From Eledone cirrhosa (taxonomy: Eukaryota): a DNA stretch of 64,000 nucleotides. A program made the translations under genes and the position numbers. The stretch covers positions 248,682,001 to 248,746,000 of the forward strand of contig OZ024743.1 in assembly GCA_964016885.1 (NCBI GenBank), given 5' to 3'. The notes beneath the pieces are model-generated. The model was given only the letters and a program-made list of their open reading frames with translations, did not search any database and was not told the DNA's origin. The number at the start of each line of letters is the position of its first letter. The stretch's first letter is position 1. Positions 59,470-64,000 of this stretch are shown one piece after another.

Positions 59470-62400
59470 TCCTGTGTTTACTCCCCCCTCCCTACGTTTT
59501 TCTGTTTCATTTTCCCTTCCCCGTCTCTGCCTATCCTTCGCACTCACCTCTTCGTTCACTCCACCCCGCTTCACACCCCTGCCTTCTCATCCCTCCCCCT
59601 GCTTTCACCCAACGCCCATCATGCCCAACCTGAGATCCTTTCTCCACCAACTACATAATCGCCTCAAACTTTTCCTCACCCCCCTCCTCCCACCCTGCTA
59701 TCTCCCCTCTGCCCTTCAACTCCCCTACCTTCTCTTCGCCAAAACCCGGCACTCCAGCCACATCCATTTCCTCAGCCACTGCCTCCGCCTCCACCTTATC
59801 CCCCTCGGCTTCCGTCTACACTTCCACCCTTCCCCCACCGCTTCCCCCTCCATGCAACGTATCCTCACCCGATCCTCACGCTTCCTGATGCGGAACTCCA
59901 TCCGCGCCTCCCATTCCACCCTCCACCAACTTGACCACCAACTGACCCCCACTCTCCTCCGCCTTAACTCCACCTGCCACCCCCTCCTCGCCCAAGCCAT
60001 CCTCTCCTTCATCCAAAACCTCAACCACAACCTCTTCTCGTTCCTCAGCTCCACCAAAGCCCGCAAGCTACCCCCGCCCATCCCCATACGCCCACCACTC
60101 TCCACCTCTCCCTCGACCCACACCCCTACCCAATCTCCACCCTCCACCTCACCCCTCACCACACCCTCCCTCCCCCCCCAAACACCCAAACACCACCCCT
60201 TGTTGTCACCATACCCCCTGACCTCCCCCTCTCCGCACCTGAGCGCTCACTCCTTAGTAGAGGCCTTCGCTTCATACCCCACACTCCGCACAGCGACGAG
60301 TTCCGCACCCGAATGGAAGTCGAGCGATTCGTGCGACGCACTAAGCTACAGGCACATTTCGGCCGAACACCACGGGCTCCGGACGCCCCAGACCCGTTTC
60401 TCGCCCTGGGCCGACGACCATCTTCTTGGACGCCGGCCCCAGGGCAATTTAGCACCCTGGACGCCTTCGTCGATGCCAGCCGTAGCGCAGTAAATCGTTT
60501 CGACTTCCGCCACCGTTCCAAACGGTACAATATCTCACGGGGCGAACTCCTCGCTCTCCGCTCCCTCCGTAGCCGAGATGACATCGTCATCAAACCGGCG
60601 GACAAGGGAGGCGCCGTAGTGGTGTGGCGCGCGGACCTCTACACGGCCGAAGCCCTTAGGCAGCTCTGTAACCCCCTCTTTTACCGCCCTCTACCCTCCG
60701 ATCCCACCCCCCTCTACCAACAACAAGTCTCCTCCACCATCAAAGACCTTATCGCCTCCCTCCCTCCCTCCCTCCCCCCACCCCACCGCTTCCCACCTCA
60801 TCGTCCGCACCCCCCGCACCCCCACCATCTACTTCCTCCCCAAACTCCACAAACCCGACAACCCCGGCCGCCCCATTGTCTCCGCTTGCAACTGCCCCAC
60901 CGAACTCATCTCCGCCTTTCTCGATTCCCTCCTCGCCCCCCCTTGTCACCACCCTCCCCTCCCACATCTCCGACACCAACCACGCCCTGCGCCTTTTCGA
61001 CTCCTTCACCTACCCACCCGGCCCACAGCCCTTCCTCTTCACCCTAGACATCAAGTCCCTCTATACCGTCATCCCCCACGCCGACGGCCTTCGCGCCCTC
61101 AAACACTACCTCGACCTTCGCCCCTCTCCCCATTCCCTCCACCCCCACCCTCCTTCGCCTCGCCGAGCTGGTCCTCCCCCTGAATTGTTTCTCCTTCTCG
61201 GGTGAGTTTTACCAACAGGTCACGGCGGTAGCCATGGGTACAAGAATGGGCCCGAACTATGCCAACCTTTTTGTTGGCCATGTTGAGGCCCAAATCTTTG
61301 CCCAGTACACCGGCCCCACGCCCGAACTGTACGGTCGTTACATTGACGACTGTATCGGAGCCACGACCCTCACCCGAGAACAGCTCGACTCCTTTCTCTC
61401 CTTCTTCTGCTCCTTCCACCCCTCCCTCCACTTCACCACCTCTATCTCCACCACCCACGTCCACTTCTTAGACATCTCCGTCGCCTTCGACCCCTCCCAC
61501 CACTCCCTCGTCACCTCCGCTTTCTTCAAACCCACCGACTCCCACTCTTACCTCGACTTCACCTCTTCCCACCACACCCACACTAAACACTCCATTCCCT
61601 ACTCCCAACTTCTCAGGATCCGCCGCCTCTATAGCCGAGATGCTGACTTCGAGTCCCAGGCCCTTTCCCTAGTCAGCCATTTCATCCGCAGAGGTTACCC
61701 CCCTCTCTCGTCCACACCGCTCTCACCCGCGCCCGTGCTGTCCCCCGCTCCACCACCCTCACCCCACGCCACCGCACACCCACCCACCGACTCCCCTTCC
61801 CCATCACCTACCACCCCTCCACCGCACCCCTCCACCGCACCATCCGCCGCCTCTTCCGACGCCTCCAGTCCGACCCCTCCACCTCCAACATCTTCCCAAC
61901 CCCACCACTCCCCTCCTTCAAACGCGCACGCAATCTCCGCACCCTCCTCGTCCACAGCTCCCTACCCCCTAACCCACGCTCTGTCCCCCCCCCGGTTCCT
62001 TTCCCTGTTCTAGGCCCCGCTGCAACACCTGTCCCCACATCACCAACACCACCACCTTTCAGGGTCCCAACGGCCACTCTCTCTCGGTCCGGCATGCCTT
62101 CCGCTGCACCTCCTCCAACCTAGTCTACGGAATTCGACTTATGTCGGACAGACGGGACGTCGCCTGGCGGACCGATTCACGGAGCACCTCCGGGATATTC
62201 GTCTCGGGGGCAGTTCCCCCATCGCCCGCCACTTTGGTGGCCCTGGACATTCCGCACGCCATCTCACAGTCTGTGGCCTACTCCAGTGCCACGGAACACC
62301 CGCCTTACGGTCGAACAACGCCTTACGGTCGAACAACGAACTATCTTCATCTTACAGACCCACACTCCCCCCGGCCTGAACTCCCCACCCTTATTCCTTT

Positions 62401-64000
62401 AGCCTTCGACCGCCCCCCCTCCCCCCACACTTATCTCCCACTAACACCACTAACACACCCCTCCTTTTCACCGCCCACCCCACAACTAACAATACTAACA
62501 CCTCCACTCCACCCCTTATCTGACCACCCTTCCCCAACTAACATACTAACATCCTCCCCTCTTCTCCTCCTCCCCCCTCCTTATCACACGCACACACCCA
62601 CCGGCACATATATACACGCGCTCACACTAAACACACACCCTACTACCACCACTAACCCTCACCCCCACACCTCTCACCCCCACACCTCCATCCCACCACC
62701 CCGCAACTAACCTCAGTAACACCCCCTAACCCCAAGCACACGAACACACGTACCCACTTACACCACCCACCCCACACGCAACTAACATCACTAACACCCC
62801 CAACCCCACGCACACGTACCCACACACCCTCGTACACCACCAACTCTACACACCCTACCACCACTAACCCCCACTCACACCTGCATTCAACCCCTCCCCA
62901 CCTCCCGTATACTAACACCCACTAACACCTCTTCAAAAAAATACTACACACACACCAGTACACCACACTCCCTCCATAGAACCACACACACCCTTCTCTC
63001 CCCGCTCCACCCACACCCTCGCTCCACACTCACTCATCCCACTAACACCTCTACTAATACACACACACACACCCTCCTCACTCCAACTTTCACACCTACC
63101 CATCCTCGCCCCTTTACCATTCCACCGACTGCTGCTATGCCCTCTGACCACCTCCCAGCACAAACAGACACACAGCACTCCCACTGCTTGACCACTTCCT
63201 GTTGCGCGCGCACCCCACATCTCTCCTCTTCCGACCATCGCTTCATGGAATACCCACACGCAGAAATTGACCAACAACGAATCCACTAAACATCTTCGGA
63301 ATTTACCTACTTTTCAACCATCCTCTTACGTAATCACCTATATAACTCACCCACACACACCCCAAAAAAATTTTTTCTCCACACGCCACCTACACCCACA
63401 ACACGCTTAACCCCTACACACACGTGCTTTCCACCACATATTTACACCCTCACCCTCCTGATTCCTCTCCCCCACCCCTCTATCCACACACGCACAGACA
63501 CTCCGAAACCCCCCCCCACACACACACACACCTCTTCCTGAACATGCAACCCCGTTCTTCCCCCAACCCTTACTTTCACATACACACACACACACACACA
63601 CGCACACCTACACACACACACCACCTTCAGCCCTCCCCGCTCAGACACCCCGTCTCCCTCTCCCCACTCCACCCGCCACCACCCCTACACACCCCACACC
63701 CTTCCACCACCTGTTTTACCCCCCTTTTAATTTCAGTTTATTTTGATCATGCCTTTATATTTAAATTTATCTCATTCCTTGTATTTTGATCATGCTTTAT
63801 TTTTATTTTTATCTTTATTTTTTATTTTTTCATTCGCACCGTTTCCTTTCGCTATATGTCTTTCCACCACTCCCCTACACACCCTTTGAACTCTGTTCCC
63901 ACACACTTCTCACCTGAGGAAGGGCTTATGCCCGAAACGTCGTCCCCCACCAACACCCCACTCTCCAGAGCGTGAAATTAATAAACATTCGTTGTACTGC
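59470..64000 (+). mobile_element. Near full-length C-rich PLE (Neptune-like): RT + GIY-YIG, frameshifted; long 3' region
   Basis: ORF pieces ~59621-62400: HIHFLSHCL..LIP.GF, KPADKGG, LPKLHKPDNPGRPIVS, DIKSLYT, GVAMGT, RYIDD, FLD, KPTD..YL..SSH, NLVY..YVGQTGRRLADRFTEH. Confidence 0.92.
63911..63943 (+). ncRNA. Minimal hammerhead in PLE 3' pseudo-LTR
   Basis: AC-CUGAGGA-A-GGGC(UUAU)GCCC-GAAAC-GUC-GU, AATAAA downstream; stem I very short. Confidence 0.65.

Overview
AT-rich, repeat-saturated metazoan intergenic or intronic DNA. The SINE, RTE and (TA)n landscape suggests an octopus/cephalopod genome (inference). No host protein-coding gene, rRNA, true tRNA or CRISPR array is supportable, and most long ORFs in the track are microsatellite artefacts. 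The window is a mosaic of mobile elements: a rearranged Ty3/Gypsy LTR element with TSD and an inverted pol, CRE-clade, CR1/L2-group, Tx1/L1 and several RTE LINE pieces, at least four Penelope-like element (PLE) ORF remnants, Helitrons, mariner and piggyBac MITEs, tRNA-derived SINEs, mini/microsatellites and a 200-N gap. The most striking unannotated signal is a dense set of minimal type-I hammerhead ribozyme motifs, about 9 near-intact plus several decayed. These include an ORF-less ~466-bp tandem unit with one hammerhead per unit (retrozyme-like), a diverged relative with a compensatory stem change, and an inverted hammerhead pair. Also notable are a PHD-finger-like module inside the RT of an RTE family and a possible degenerate HDV-like ribozyme heading a short RTE-derived element. 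All calls were made by eye, and unanchored boundaries are approximate.
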